From positions 12,378 to 76,377 of the forward strand of contig JAFPYO010000025.1 in the NCBI GenBank assembly GCA_017412145.1: DNA of 64,000 bases. Direction: 5' to 3'. This document shows, in pieces, positions 53,621 through 63,707 of the stretch. The stretch is from Prevotella sp. (GTDB lineage Bacteria; Bacteroidota; Bacteroidia; Bacteroidales; Bacteroidaceae). Position numbers and translations under genes: made by a program. How positions within the stretch are numbered: the stretch's first letter is position 1; each line of letters starts with the position of its first letter. The notes under the pieces were generated by a model, which had not been told where the DNA came from, searched no databases, and was given only the letters and a program-made list of their open reading frames with translations.

Positions 53621-56101
53621 ATGGAAGAAAACAAAAACATTGCAATTGAGAATGCAACAGAACAGGAAGAAAAATCATTGATTGACTTCCAAAAAATTTA
53701 CCAAACCCTAATCCTGAACTGGAAATGGTTCGTGCTTTCGCTGATTTTCTGCCTGGGACTGGCGGCCATCTACCTGCGTTACACAACGCCGATTTATCAG
53801 GCCTACGCCAAACTGATCATTAAGGAGGAAAGCGGTTCCAGAAGCAGGGGTGCGTTGATGAACACCACCAATTTCGGTACGATTTCGAACACATCGGGCA
53901 TTGAAACCGAGATGGAAATCCTGCGCTCGCGCTTCATGGCCGAACAAACGGTTCGCGACCTGAAATTGTACACCACCTACAAGAGCGTGGGCAAGGTTTC
54001 TGACAACCTGCTTTATCAGAACCAGCCGATTACTGTCGATATCGACCCGGCTCACCTTGAGAAAATCACGGGAGTCATCAACCTCGAGATTGATGTCGAA
54101 AAAGACGGCTATCATGTTTCTGGTAATTATGGCAACCACACCTTCAACAAACTCATCACGAAGTTGCCAGCATCGTTCCAGATTTCTGCCGGAACGCTGA
54201 CTTTCACGCAGAACTCCATCGTAACAGCCGAGCCTGGAAGTAAGTTTAAAGTACAAATTATGTCACCCAAGATGGCGTCCTATGGCTTTGCCGGTCGCTT
54301 AGGCGTGAGCCCGTCGGCAAAAAGTAACTCCATCGCCCAACTGGTGATGACCGACCCGCTTCCTCAGCGTGCTGCCGATTATCTTCGCCAATTGGTTGTC
54401 TGCTACAATCGTCAGGCCAACGAAGACAAGAACGAAATCGCTGTCAATACTGAGGCATTCATCAACTCTCGTCTTGAGAAAATCAATGCTGAATTGGGTG
54501 CCACGGAAAGCGAGTTGCAGGCATACAAGCAGAGCCACGGCATCGTAACGCTGGGTATGAGTGGTGGTGCTGGCTTTGGTGGCAAAGAAGAATATTCGAA
54601 AGAACTGCACGAGGCCAACACACAGGTAGCCCTCATCAACAGCCTCAACGATGCAATGATTGAGAACACGGGTAGTTATAAGACCCTGCCTGCGAATGTC
54701 GGTTTGAACGACGCTGGTGCTTCGCAACTCATCAACAAATACAACGAGCTCGCCCTGGAGCGCAACCGACTGCTGCGTTCTGCATCGGAAACGAGCCCTG
54801 CCGTTGCTCCGATTACTGCACAGATGGACGAATTGCAGAACAGCATTCAGGCATCGCTCGACCAGACTCGCAAAAACTATGAGATTCGCCGCAACAGCAT
54901 CGCACAACAATACAACAAGTACAGCGCAATGGCCAACGCCACGCCCGAACAAGAGCGTATGCTCACCCAGATTGGTCGTCAGCAAGACGTGAAATCGGGT
55001 CTGTATCTGATGTTGCTCCAGAAGCGTGAGGAGAACTCGATTTCGCTGGCAGCAACGGTCGATAAGGGTAAATTGATCGACACCCCCGTCGCAGGCGGAC
55101 AAATTAGCCCGAAGCGCTCGATGATTTTCCTGAGTGCTCTGATTGCTGGTCTTGCCATTCCGTTCCTGATTCTGGTGGTGCTCACCTTCTTCCGCTATAA
55201 GATTGAAGGTCACGACGACGTTGTCGCACTCACCAAACTGCCCGTCCTCGCCGACGTTGCCGTTGCCAGCGACACCGCCAAGACGAAGGCCGACATCGTG
55301 GTTCACGAAAACAAGAACAACCAGATGGAGGAAGTGTTCCGTTCGATGCGTACAAACCTGCAGTTTATTCTGAAGGAAAACGAAAAGGTCATCCTCTTCA
55401 CGTCGAGTACGTCGGGTGAAGGAAAGACCTTCAACGCAGCCAACCTGTCCGTCAGTTTCGCATTGCTCGGCAAGAAAGTGATTCTGCTCGGTCTTGACAT
55501 TCGTAAGCCGCGTCTGTCGGAACTCTTCGAACTCGACGACCACAAGCATGGTATCACAAACTTGCTTGTCCACGACGACCCGTCTTGGCAATTGATTCAA
55601 GAGCAGATTGTTCCTTCGAACATCAACAACAACCTCGACCTGCTGTTGGCCGGTCCGATTCCGCCCAACCCGACGGAGTTGTTGGCACGTACTTCGCTCG
55701 ATGTAATCATCAACCAGCTGAAAGAGCACTACGACTATATCCTCATCGACTCCGCACCTGTCGGACTAGTCACCGATACGCTCCAGATTGGTCGCGTTGC
55801 TGATGCCACCGTCTTCGTTTGCCGTGCAGACTACACACCGAAGGAAGCCTTCTCGATGGTCAATTCGCTGAGCGCCGAGAAGAAGTTGCCGAAGATGAGC
55901 ATCGTGCTCAACGGTATCGATATGTCGAAGAAGAAGTACGGCTACTACTACGGCTATGGTCGCTACGGTAAGTATAGACGCTACGGACGCTATGGCCGTT
56001 ACGGAAAGTACAGTAGCAGCACCTATGGCACATACGGCGGCTACGGCACGTATGGCAAGAGCAGCTACGGAGACCAGAACGACACGTCGATTAAGAAATA
56101 A
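53621..56101 (+). CDS. Polysaccharide co-polymerase / tyrosine autokinase (Wzc/BY-kinase-like)
   Basis: Two TM segments flanking a large periplasmic coiled region; Walker A SSTSGEGKTF; ILIDSAP; Tyr-rich tail KKKYGYYYGYGRYGKYRRYGRYGRYGKYSSSTYGTYGGYGTYG. Confidence 0.85.
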   Translation: MEENKNIAIENATEQEEKSLIDFQKIYQTLILNWKWFVLSLIFCLGLAAIYLRYTTPIYQAYAKLIIKEESGSRSRGALMNTTNFGTISNTSGIETEMEILRSRFMAEQTVRDLKLYTTYKSVGKVSDNLLYQNQPITVDIDPAHLEKITGVINLEIDVEKDGYHVSGNYGNHTFNKLITKLPASFQISAGTLTFTQNSIVTAEPGSKFKVQIMSPKMASYGFAGRLGVSPSAKSNSIAQLVMTDPLPQRAADYLRQLVVCYNRQANEDKNEIAVNTEAFINSRLEKINAELGATESELQAYKQSHGIVTLGMSGGAGFGGKEEYSKELHEANTQVALINSLNDAMIENTGSYKTLPANVGLNDAGASQLINKYNELALERNRLLRSASETSPAVAPITAQMDELQNSIQASLDQTRKNYEIRRNSIAQQYNKYSAMANATPEQERMLTQIGRQQDVKSGLYLMLLQKREENSISLAATVDKGKLIDTPVAGGQISPKRSMIFLSALIAGLAIPFLILVVLTFFRYKIEGHDDVVALTKLPVLADVAVASDTAKTKADIVVHENKNNQMEEVFRSMRTNLQFILKENEKVILFTSSTSGEGKTFNAANLSVSFALLGKKVILLGLDIRKPRLSELFELDDHKHGITNLLVHDDPSWQLIQEQIVPSNINNNLDLLLAGPIPPNPTELLARTSLDVIINQLKEHYDYILIDSAPVGLVTDTLQIGRVADATVFVCRADYTPKEAFSMVNSLSAEKKLPKMSIVLNGIDMSKKKYGYYYGYGRYGKYRRYGRYGRYGKYSSSTYGTYGGYGTYGKSSYGDQNDTSIKK

Positions 56102-56110
56102 ACTCGGAAA

Positions 56111-56545
56111 ATGACTATTGCTGTAGATTTCGACGGCACCATCGTCGAAGAACGATATCCGGAAATCGGTGCAGAACGACCTTTTGCCACCGAAACCCTC
56201 AAAATGCTGATTCGCGACCAACACCGTCTGATTCTTTGGACGGTGCGCGAAGGCAAGCTTTTGGAGGATGCCGTGAATTGGTGCAAGGAGCGCGGCGTGG
56301 AGTTCTATGCCGTCAACAAGGACTATCCTGAGGAGAAAGAGGAGTGGAACCAACACTTCTCGCGGAAAATCAAGGCCGACATGTGGATTGACGACCGCAA
56401 CATCGGTGGACTGCCCGACTGGGGACAGATTTACCAGATGGTATCCCAAGGACAGACGTGGAAAGACTTCGTCAATCAGGCCGCACGAAATCGATTAGAG
56501 CATCACGAGGCTCCGAAGAAAAAACACTGGTGGAGCCGCGGATAG
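56111..56545 (+). CDS. Small HAD-superfamily-like phosphatase-fold protein
   Basis: N-terminal DxDGT motif (IAVDFDGTIVEE); 144 aa; 9 nt after the kinase gene. Confidence 0.5.
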   Translation: MTIAVDFDGTIVEERYPEIGAERPFATETLKMLIRDQHRLILWTVREGKLLEDAVNWCKERGVEFYAVNKDYPEEKEEWNQHFSRKIKADMWIDDRNIGGLPDWGQIYQMVSQGQTWKDFVNQAARNRLEHHEAPKKKHWWSRG

Positions 56546-56547
56546 AT

Positions 56548-56589
56548 AAAAAAAAGACGCTGACAAATTGCTGTCAGCGTCTTTTTTTC
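56548..56589. terminator. Bidirectional hairpin terminator
   Basis: aaaaaagacgctgaca / tgtcagcgtctttttt long perfect stem between convergent genes. Confidence 0.75.
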
Positions 56590-56630
56590 GACGGCACTCA
56601 AGACCGTCAGAAACTTTTTCTTTTGAAACC

Positions 56631-57812
56631 TTACACGATGTCCATCAGTTTCCGAATCGTCATATAGAATGGACTCGGCTCGAAATGGCTCTTCTCGGCA
56701 AGCCACTTCAGCACGCGATACGGCAAATGCTTATGATTCATGCGGCGAACCGTGAGATAGACGCCCGTCGTGTTGATCAAACCAACCGCTACGACCACGA
56801 GGAACTGCCCCGTCGCATCGAAACCAAGTTGCCAACTGAGGAACCACATCACGATGTTCAGTCCGTTCAGAATAAAGACAAAAAGCGACGTTCCAACGTG
56901 CGAGAAACCGATTTCGATGAAGAGGTGATGCAAATGCGACTTGTCGGCCTTGAAAGGAGAGATTCCCCTTGAAACACGCGCCGTCATCACGCGCAACGTG
57001 TCGAAAACGGGTACGGAAAGCACCGAGATACAAAACGCCACAACGCCCATATTCGGGAAGTTCCGAACCACATACGAATTCTTATCGACAATGTGGAGCG
57101 TGAAAATCGTCATCAGAATGCCCATCATGAGCGTTCCGCTGTCGCCGATGAACATTTTCGAGGTTTTTCCGAAGACATTGTGCAGGAAGAACGGAATCAG
57201 CGCACCAGCCGTCAGCGAACACATCACCGCCATCGTTCCCTCTTTCGAAAGGGCGAAAAATGCCCCGAAAGTGAGGCTCGCCATGATGCACAAACCAGAA
57301 GAAAGTCCATCGACGCCGTCAATCATGTTGATGGAATTGATGATGCCTGCTCCAGCGAAGAACACGAGCGGATAGGCCAGATAAGTGGGTATTTCCTCGA
57401 TGCCGAAAAGCCCGTGAAAGTGGTTCATGTTGCGATGATCCATCCAGACGATGAAACCAATCAGGCAGATTTCGAGGATGAGACGCACCGTCGGACTGAG
57501 TCCGAGAATGTCGTCGGCCAGACCGATGTAGAGCATCACCGTGATGGCGACAATCGTCGGGAAGAGCGCGAAACTGTTGAAGAACATACTCGTGATACCC
57601 GCTCCGACGATGATGCCCCAAATCACTGCCACACCACCCATCACGGGCACGGGGTAGTCTTGAATTTTTCGTTCCTCGTCGGGTTTGTCGAGCACCTGCA
57701 TCTTCCGCGCAATCCTGATAATCACTGGATGAGCCGCAAAAACCAACAACATGGCCACGACAAACGGCACAACTATGCCCGGCAGCCATAAATTCCAAGG
57801 TAATCCTAACAT
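56631..57812 (-). CDS. Polyprenyl-phosphate sugar-1-phosphate transferase (MraY/WecA family)
   Basis: Polytopic; LADDILGLSP and SINMIDGVDGLSSG motifs. Confidence 0.85.
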   Translation of the reverse strand: MLGLPWNLWLPGIVVPFVVAMLLVFAAHPVIIRIARKMQVLDKPDEERKIQDYPVPVMGGVAVIWGIIVGAGITSMFFNSFALFPTIVAITVMLYIGLADDILGLSPTVRLILEICLIGFIVWMDHRNMNHFHGLFGIEEIPTYLAYPLVFFAGAGIINSINMIDGVDGLSSGLCIMASLTFGAFFALSKEGTMAVMCSLTAGALIPFFLHNVFGKTSKMFIGDSGTLMMGILMTIFTLHIVDKNSYVVRNFPNMGVVAFCISVLSVPVFDTLRVMTARVSRGISPFKADKSHLHHLFIEIGFSHVGTSLFVFILNGLNIVMWFLSWQLGFDATGQFLVVVAVGLINTTGVYLTVRRMNHKHLPYRVLKWLAEKSHFEPSPFYMTIRKLMDIV

Positions 57813-57842
57813 ATTGTCTAATTTTTATTATTTTTCTTGATT

Positions 57843-57850
57843 CAAAAATA
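57843..57850 (-). promoter_or_regulatory. Possible internal -7 box (TATTTTTG on minus strand)
   Basis: caaaaata on plus strand about 31 nt upstream of ATG 57812. Confidence 0.35.
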
Positions 57851-57852
57851 CA

Positions 57853-59037
57853 CTACAAACGCCTTTTCGCATAGCGATAGAAACTGAAACAGGCATCGGC
57901 AGGGAAGAGTCGAGCCACGCGCCCGTATGAGGGGAACAGGCTCAAAAGTGTGCCGAAACGACGCAGCAAATGCGAGTTTTTCTCCTCAAAAACATTCGTG
58001 CGCAACATACCAAAGTTGCCACTTCGAAGAATGTGATTCAGCGCGATTCGACCTTTCTTGTCGAATGAGGGCGAGTAGAAAGGTATCGACTCCTTCGGCG
58101 CTCCGAGCGAGCACACGGCTGTCGAAGCAATCGTCTGCCAATGGGGCATCAATCCCAATGTGTGGAGGTCTTTTTCCAACTGAGAAAGATCGATTGTCGA
58201 GCGATTTTCGTGCAAATAGCGCATCCAGTCGCAAACCTGACGCAGCCCTACCCCACCGTCGAAAAAATGGTTCATCAGGTGGACAAAAACGAACATCAAA
58301 TCGAAGCGCATAGGCGACAACGTGGCCATTTTCGGGCTTTGAGCGTCGGCGTTGGGCTGTCGATCGGTCTGTAAAATCAGTTTGCGCGGTTCACCTTTCA
58401 AACTGTCCTTCGCCCAATCGATGTAATGCTGAAAACAGCGTCGTCCGATGCCATAGACATTGAGTCCCTGCACCTCGACGCAGACACCTTTCAGCGAAAA
58501 CACCACATGGCTACGCTCGTCCTCGGGTTCGCCTTCTTCGCCCGTCAGCGACTGCATCAGTGCAATCGCCTTTTCGAAGTTCTGCGCGTCGGGCACCAAC
58601 AGGTCTATGTCGCCATGAACTCGATGGAGCGGCTGCGGATAGAACTGCGCCACAGCCTGCCCTTTCAGCAGAAAAACCTCAATGCCAGCCTTGTCGAATG
58701 CATGGAAAAGGTAGGCGATGGCTTTGTTCATCAGATAGCCTCCTTCCTCCAAGTCACCGACTTGCGCTACCAAATTGAAATAGATGTCTTTCGGCGGTCG
58801 CAAAGCTTTCGGCAAAGTCAGCAAGGCATCGAAAACTACGCCTGTCACCGTCTGTTCAATGGCCATATCCACGATGTTTTTCCATTCGTCGTGGCTCAAC
58901 ATCGACGATTGGGCGAGATTCGCCGCACCGCTATTGTCGCCCGTACGCTCCGAAACACCGAAAATCGACGGATTCAAGGGCGTTCCCCATAGTCCGCATC
59001 GCAGCAAATCCAGAAAAGCCTCTTGCGTTCGTGTCAT
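57853..59037 (-). CDS. Uncharacterised nucleotidyltransferase family protein (NTP_transf_5-like)
   Basis: N-terminus QEAFLDLLRCGLWG and central HGDIDLLVP nucleotidyltransferase motif; 394 aa; ATGA overlap with upstream GT gene. Confidence 0.55.
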   Translation of the reverse strand: MTRTQEAFLDLLRCGLWGTPLNPSIFGVSERTGDNSGAANLAQSSMLSHDEWKNIVDMAIEQTVTGVVFDALLTLPKALRPPKDIYFNLVAQVGDLEEGGYLMNKAIAYLFHAFDKAGIEVFLLKGQAVAQFYPQPLHRVHGDIDLLVPDAQNFEKAIALMQSLTGEEGEPEDERSHVVFSLKGVCVEVQGLNVYGIGRRCFQHYIDWAKDSLKGEPRKLILQTDRQPNADAQSPKMATLSPMRFDLMFVFVHLMNHFFDGGVGLRQVCDWMRYLHENRSTIDLSQLEKDLHTLGLMPHWQTIASTAVCSLGAPKESIPFYSPSFDKKGRIALNHILRSGNFGMLRTNVFEEKNSHLLRRFGTLLSLFPSYGRVARLFPADACFSFYRYAKRRL

Positions 59038-60176
59038 TGTTCACACAATTTCAAAACCTTGTCCACATAGCGGTCCCAAGTGTAGTCTTTCACCGCTTCG
59101 TGCGCCTGCCGACAAGTCTTCAGATAATCGTCGGAATCCATCAATTTCTTGATGTTTTCTGCGATACAATCTTCCGAAAAATCTCGATTATAGCGACCGA
59201 AATCAATCGTTTCGCCAAATTCCTGCACGAAATCGTCGAAAGGCGACACCACGACGGGCGTGTAGAAATACATCGCCTCAATCATCGACGAATAAGCCGC
59301 CCATTTCGGTGTCGGATTGACGATAACCTTCGCATTTTTCAGGCAATCGTAGAATTCTTTACATTCGTCGGCCACATCCTTCCGAAGAAATCCATGGCAT
59401 TGCACGAAATGGGGTACCTCTGGCAACTGATTGCGCTGGATTCCGATGATGTCGAGTTCCAAATCGCTGTATTCATCGGTCTTTCGCAGCAATTCCACCG
59501 CCCTCATCAGTTTGATGGCACTCTCCTTGTAGCGGTCGGGCTTGCCAACGAACAAAATCCTCCGAGAAGCCTTTTTCCGTTCGAGAACGTCCGTTTCAGA
59601 CAGTTCCTCGCCCGACAAATCGTTGATGACATTGCCGCCCAAATAGTGAATCGAGGCCGTGGGATACAACTGCCGCATCTCCTCGGCACACAAGGGGAAA
59701 ATCGAGATGACGTGCTCCGCATGCTCAATGGCCTCCTTCTCCTGCAAACTAAACCGCTTCTGGAAACGAGCCACCGCCTTTCCCCGTCGTTGCAGGTTGA
59801 TGGCGCTCGTCCAATCGCTCAGCAACAGCGACGGAATCGCACTGAACCGATTGTAAAAGGCGTAGTTGATGAAAAAACAATAATCCGCCTGCGGAAAAGC
59901 TGCCACCGCCTTCTTGATGCGCCTGTTACCAATCCACTTGTGCAGCCAAGTATAGCCATAGTACTTCGGCTCGTCGTACCATAACGTCAAGACTTTCAGC
60001 ACCTTACGGATAAAGTTGTCATAAAGGCGCTCCCATCGCTGGTTGGTCAATGCCACAGGATGCACCACGATGCCCTTCCGTCGCAAACCGTCGATAAAGC
60101 ATTTCGGAACATTCGACCACGTCTGCGCACTCTCCGGGTCGCCGCCGGCAAAGAAGATGATTTCGCGTATTGTCAT
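59034..60176 (-). CDS. Family 1 fold (GT4-like) glycosyltransferase
   Basis: C-terminal YSSMIEAMYFYTPVVVSP (E-x7-E type region); 380 aa. Confidence 0.7.
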   Translation of the reverse strand: MTIREIIFFAGGDPESAQTWSNVPKCFIDGLRRKGIVVHPVALTNQRWERLYDNFIRKVLKVLTLWYDEPKYYGYTWLHKWIGNRRIKKAVAAFPQADYCFFINYAFYNRFSAIPSLLLSDWTSAINLQRRGKAVARFQKRFSLQEKEAIEHAEHVISIFPLCAEEMRQLYPTASIHYLGGNVINDLSGEELSETDVLERKKASRRILFVGKPDRYKESAIKLMRAVELLRKTDEYSDLELDIIGIQRNQLPEVPHFVQCHGFLRKDVADECKEFYDCLKNAKVIVNPTPKWAAYSSMIEAMYFYTPVVVSPFDDFVQEFGETIDFGRYNRDFSEDCIAENIKKLMDSDDYLKTCRQAHEAVKDYTWDRYVDKVLKLCEQ

Positions 60177-61075
60177 TTTTTGTCTTTAATTCGTCTGAGG
60201 AAATCCCTTGTGAACATTTTTGCACCATTCTCATTCAAATGTGTCCTGTCATAAAATAATTCGGAATGATTCGTATAGGCAGTATCTCCGTTCCAACTTA
60301 GAAAATCGACCGAATGCTTTTGACAATAGGCTTCCATTTCCTGCAAGAAATTACCATAATCGACTATCAGTGAAGGAGAACTGGTTATTAGCAACTGAAT
60401 GTTCCTCTCTTGGCAGTCTGAAATAATTTTATCCAAATAATGTTTGCAAGTTTTGTCAATAACGAACTGCCCTTCGACCTTTACAGACCTAAACTTTGCG
60501 TCCTGATTCACTGGCATTGGCCGATAGCCGTCTAAATCGGGCACTTCTTCAGAAATTTTCGCATTCAACAGCCATTCCCAGGTCTTGTTATAACGATAAA
60601 TGCCTGACAGTCGCTTGATTCGGTCGATCGGTGTGCCGATTGAGTCCAGAATGTCATCAATCGGCTGTAAAATCCCATAATAACAATTAAAATCGTTCAA
60701 TGATGACATCCAAACATCCGACAACGTGCTACTTCCCACTTCAACGACTACCATTTTCGGTGTGCATCGCGTCAGAAAGGCATCCAGCACCATCGCATTG
60801 TAGATGACATTCTGTCCATCGCGTCCCGCGTTATAACAGGTCATTCCCAACGAATCCTTCAAAATCTGACAATCGAAATGATGGTTCGCCGTCGATGGCC
60901 CCAGAATCAGCACGTCGGCTTTCCGTTTGAAAAAGGCTTGCACGGTATTCGTTTGGTTCACGCCCACGTCCTTCACGTTCAGAATCGCATCTTTCGACAC
61001 CGCCCCAATCAGCAGGTCGGCACCAACAACAATCGCCAGAATGATTCCGATGAATTTAAAAACGTTTTTGTTCAC
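60173..61075 (-). CDS. Membrane-anchored SGNH/GDSL-like protein, probable partner of the MBOAT (PatB/AlgJ/DltD-like role)
   Basis: N-terminal TM; block I-like LILGPSTANHHF; block V-like YDRTHLNENGAKMF; directly downstream of MBOAT gene. Confidence 0.5.
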   Translation of the reverse strand: MNKNVFKFIGIILAIVVGADLLIGAVSKDAILNVKDVGVNQTNTVQAFFKRKADVLILGPSTANHHFDCQILKDSLGMTCYNAGRDGQNVIYNAMVLDAFLTRCTPKMVVVEVGSSTLSDVWMSSLNDFNCYYGILQPIDDILDSIGTPIDRIKRLSGIYRYNKTWEWLLNAKISEEVPDLDGYRPMPVNQDAKFRSVKVEGQFVIDKTCKHYLDKIISDCQERNIQLLITSSPSLIVDYGNFLQEMEAYCQKHSVDFLSWNGDTAYTNHSELFYDRTHLNENGAKMFTRDFLRRIKDKK

Positions 61076-61088
61076 TTCTCAACAAATT

Positions 61089-62522
61089 TTAAAATTGGAA
61101 GTAGATAAATTGTGCTCCATTCAGTTCACCCGTGTAGAACACATAAATCATCAAAAATGCAATGCTAATCGCCTGAACGTATAGGTTTTTCGAGTGCAGC
61201 AGATGGATATTCCACCCTTCCTCGTCCTTCAACTCCTTCAAAAGCATGATTCCGATGGGCAAAATCGCGGTCAATGCCCACGAGAAGAACAGACTGCCGG
61301 GTGCCGTAAAGCGCCCTAACATTCCGAAGAACTGATGAAAATTGTCGCATCGGAACACCATCCATCCGATGGTCACTAGTACGAAAACGAACAAAATCGA
61401 AGCATATTTCGACACGACCATTACTGCCCCGCCGACACCCGATTGCGGACTCTTTTTTCCCGACTTAAACACTTTATAGAAACACACCAACGCGCCGTGA
61501 TAGGCTCCCCAGATGATAAAAGTCCAGTTGGCACCGTGCCACAAGCCACTCACCATAAACACCACCATCGTGTTCCAATACATTTTGGCCCTCGAGCAAC
61601 GACTTCCACCCAAAGGAATGTAGATGTAGTCGCGAAACCAATTCATCAGCGACATATGCCACCTGCGCCAGAAATCGCCCACATTCGTGGCAAAATAAGG
61701 TCGGCGGAAATTCTCGGTGATACGGAACCCCATCACGCGCCCGACGCCAATCGCCATTTCCGAATAGCCGCAGAAATCAGCATAGATCTGGAACGTATAA
61801 AGCACCGACGCGAGGATAATCGTCACACCGCTGTGATGGTAATAATTGTTGAAGACCGAGTCGGTATAAGGCGAAATCTTATCGGCAATGCACATTTTCA
61901 AAAACATTCCCCACAACACGCGCTTGCAGCCATCCAACACCATCGCGTTGCTCCATGTTCTCGGCATTTTCAGTTGGGGCAGAAAGTCATTCGCCTTGTC
62001 AATCGGTCCCGACATAATCGTCGGAAAAAATGCTATATAGGCAGCAAAATCAACGAGATCCCGCTCAGAATGGATGTTGTTCTTATAAATCTCGACCACA
62101 TAGGAAATCAACTTAAACGTAAAAAAGCTGATGCCAATGGGTACAATCAACTGAAAAGTGCTCCAATTCGTTTTCAGCCCGAACAAGGCAAACAATTCCG
62201 AGAACTGCTCAATGAAAAAGTTTAGGTATTTGAAGTAGAGCAACAATCCGACACCTGCCACAACACCTGAAATCATCAGTATTTTCGCCCGTCTGCTCTC
62301 CTTTTTCTTCTGAAATTTCTCGATTCCCCTGCCCAGCAAGTAGAAAAGCACCGTTGCCGCCAACAACAACGCCACCATCCGCCAGTCGGCATACGCATAG
62401 AAGAAATACGACGCAACGAGAATCCACAGATTCTGAAGTTTCGAGTTTCCCCTGAGCACGCTTAAATACGGCAGCAGCACTACCAAGAAAAAAGCAACAA
62501 AAACAATGGAGTTGACTAACAT
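61089..62522 (-). CDS. MBOAT family O-acyltransferase (AlgI/DltB/PatA-like)
   Basis: Polytopic; FWRRWHMSLMNWFRDYIYIPLGG with the conserved His. Confidence 0.85.
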   Translation of the reverse strand: MLVNSIVFVAFFLVVLLPYLSVLRGNSKLQNLWILVASYFFYAYADWRMVALLLAATVLFYLLGRGIEKFQKKKESRRAKILMISGVVAGVGLLLYFKYLNFFIEQFSELFALFGLKTNWSTFQLIVPIGISFFTFKLISYVVEIYKNNIHSERDLVDFAAYIAFFPTIMSGPIDKANDFLPQLKMPRTWSNAMVLDGCKRVLWGMFLKMCIADKISPYTDSVFNNYYHHSGVTIILASVLYTFQIYADFCGYSEMAIGVGRVMGFRITENFRRPYFATNVGDFWRRWHMSLMNWFRDYIYIPLGGSRCSRAKMYWNTMVVFMVSGLWHGANWTFIIWGAYHGALVCFYKVFKSGKKSPQSGVGGAVMVVSKYASILFVFVLVTIGWMVFRCDNFHQFFGMLGRFTAPGSLFFSWALTAILPIGIMLLKELKDEEGWNIHLLHSKNLYVQAISIAFLMIYVFYTGELNGAQFIYFQF

Positions 62523-62578
62523 GATAATTGCGTAAGAAGATAACCAAATAATATGATGGCGAATTTCTTAAAAAAGAA

Positions 62579-63697
62579 TTATTTAGAGAAAAAATCTTCA
62601 AAAGTATTATTCAAGCCACCATTACACGCTTGCATTAATGATAATTCCCAGTTATCATTTCCTTCTATGAAAACTGGGCCATTTTCTGTTATCGCGACAT
62701 CCCAACCTATAGAATGGAGTCCTCTCAATTTCTCATGAAATTTTATAGCACTATTCAAAATTTCTTGCCAATATGGCAACAAATAATCCTCAAAGAAAAG
62801 ATTACTATTAGGATGAAACGCTGTCTTAGTCCCTTTTCCTGGTTTGTAAAAACCATATTTTTTCAACTTCCCATTTTTCAAATCAATACCAATTGAAAGA
62901 CCACCTGCAGCCCAATTATCCACATGATTATCCCCAACACCAACTCGTAAAACAGCAGATAAAGGCAAAACTTTTTGGACTACTTTATTATATACTGTGA
63001 CCAAACGAATTGTGTTTAACGATTTTTCGAAAATCAATTCAAGAAGATGATGCTGATTGAGTATGGATCTCTGCGCTAAATAAACACCGCCATTAAGTAT
63101 ATCCCTTAAATCACGAACTTCTGTCTTGATTCCATTTAGTAGAATTATATTATCGGATATTTCTAATTTAAAGATGCCCCTACCACATTCCCCCTCTAAT
63201 GGCTTCAGGAAAAAAATACCATCTTCACCAAAAACAGCGCATCTGTCATATTCAATCAATTGATTTTTTTGGATATCGTGGAAACCACATTTATCAAAAA
63301 AGCCCAGATTTTTTGGCGTTGGAATCCTATTTTTTTCTGCAAACATACCAAATTGCAGTTTGTCACGCAGGATGGGAATGTCATTTTCTTCTTGCAAGTG
63401 ATTTAAATATTCGCGTCTTCTATAAAACAGAGTATAATCAACGAATTCACGGGCAGAACGGAATCCCTTGCGATCCAAACCATATAAATAATAGAACTCA
63501 TTTGGCCAACCATATTTCATAATATTATATATCTGATCACACAGAATTCTAAAGACACTTTTACGTGTCGAGACTTCTGGATAATAAGATTTCGCGAACA
63601 AGAGATTTGTCCTATTTTTGTACAAATATAAAAACGGCCTGTAAATCTTTAATCGATACGAAATCGTATGAATTAAATACATTAATCTATTTCTCAT
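62579..63697 (-). CDS. ATP-grasp fold protein (sugar-transfer-associated ATP-grasp type)
   Basis: 372 aa; C-terminal LHSIGWDVAITENGPVFIEGNDNWE resembles the ATP-grasp Mg/ATP site (E.N); family call from memory. Confidence 0.5.
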   Translation of the reverse strand: MRNRLMYLIHTISYRLKIYRPFLYLYKNRTNLLFAKSYYPEVSTRKSVFRILCDQIYNIMKYGWPNEFYYLYGLDRKGFRSAREFVDYTLFYRRREYLNHLQEENDIPILRDKLQFGMFAEKNRIPTPKNLGFFDKCGFHDIQKNQLIEYDRCAVFGEDGIFFLKPLEGECGRGIFKLEISDNIILLNGIKTEVRDLRDILNGGVYLAQRSILNQHHLLELIFEKSLNTIRLVTVYNKVVQKVLPLSAVLRVGVGDNHVDNWAAGGLSIGIDLKNGKLKKYGFYKPGKGTKTAFHPNSNLFFEDYLLPYWQEILNSAIKFHEKLRGLHSIGWDVAITENGPVFIEGNDNWELSLMQACNGGLNNTFEDFFSK

Positions 63698-63707
63698 ATT
63701 TTAAAAC

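Noticed and set aside
55934-56098. DNA repeats (cgctacgg-type) at the 3' end of the kinase gene as a mobile or hypervariable element
   Set aside because: They encode the tyrosine-cluster tail expected for BY-kinases. The repetitiveness is explained by the YGRYG peptide repeats.
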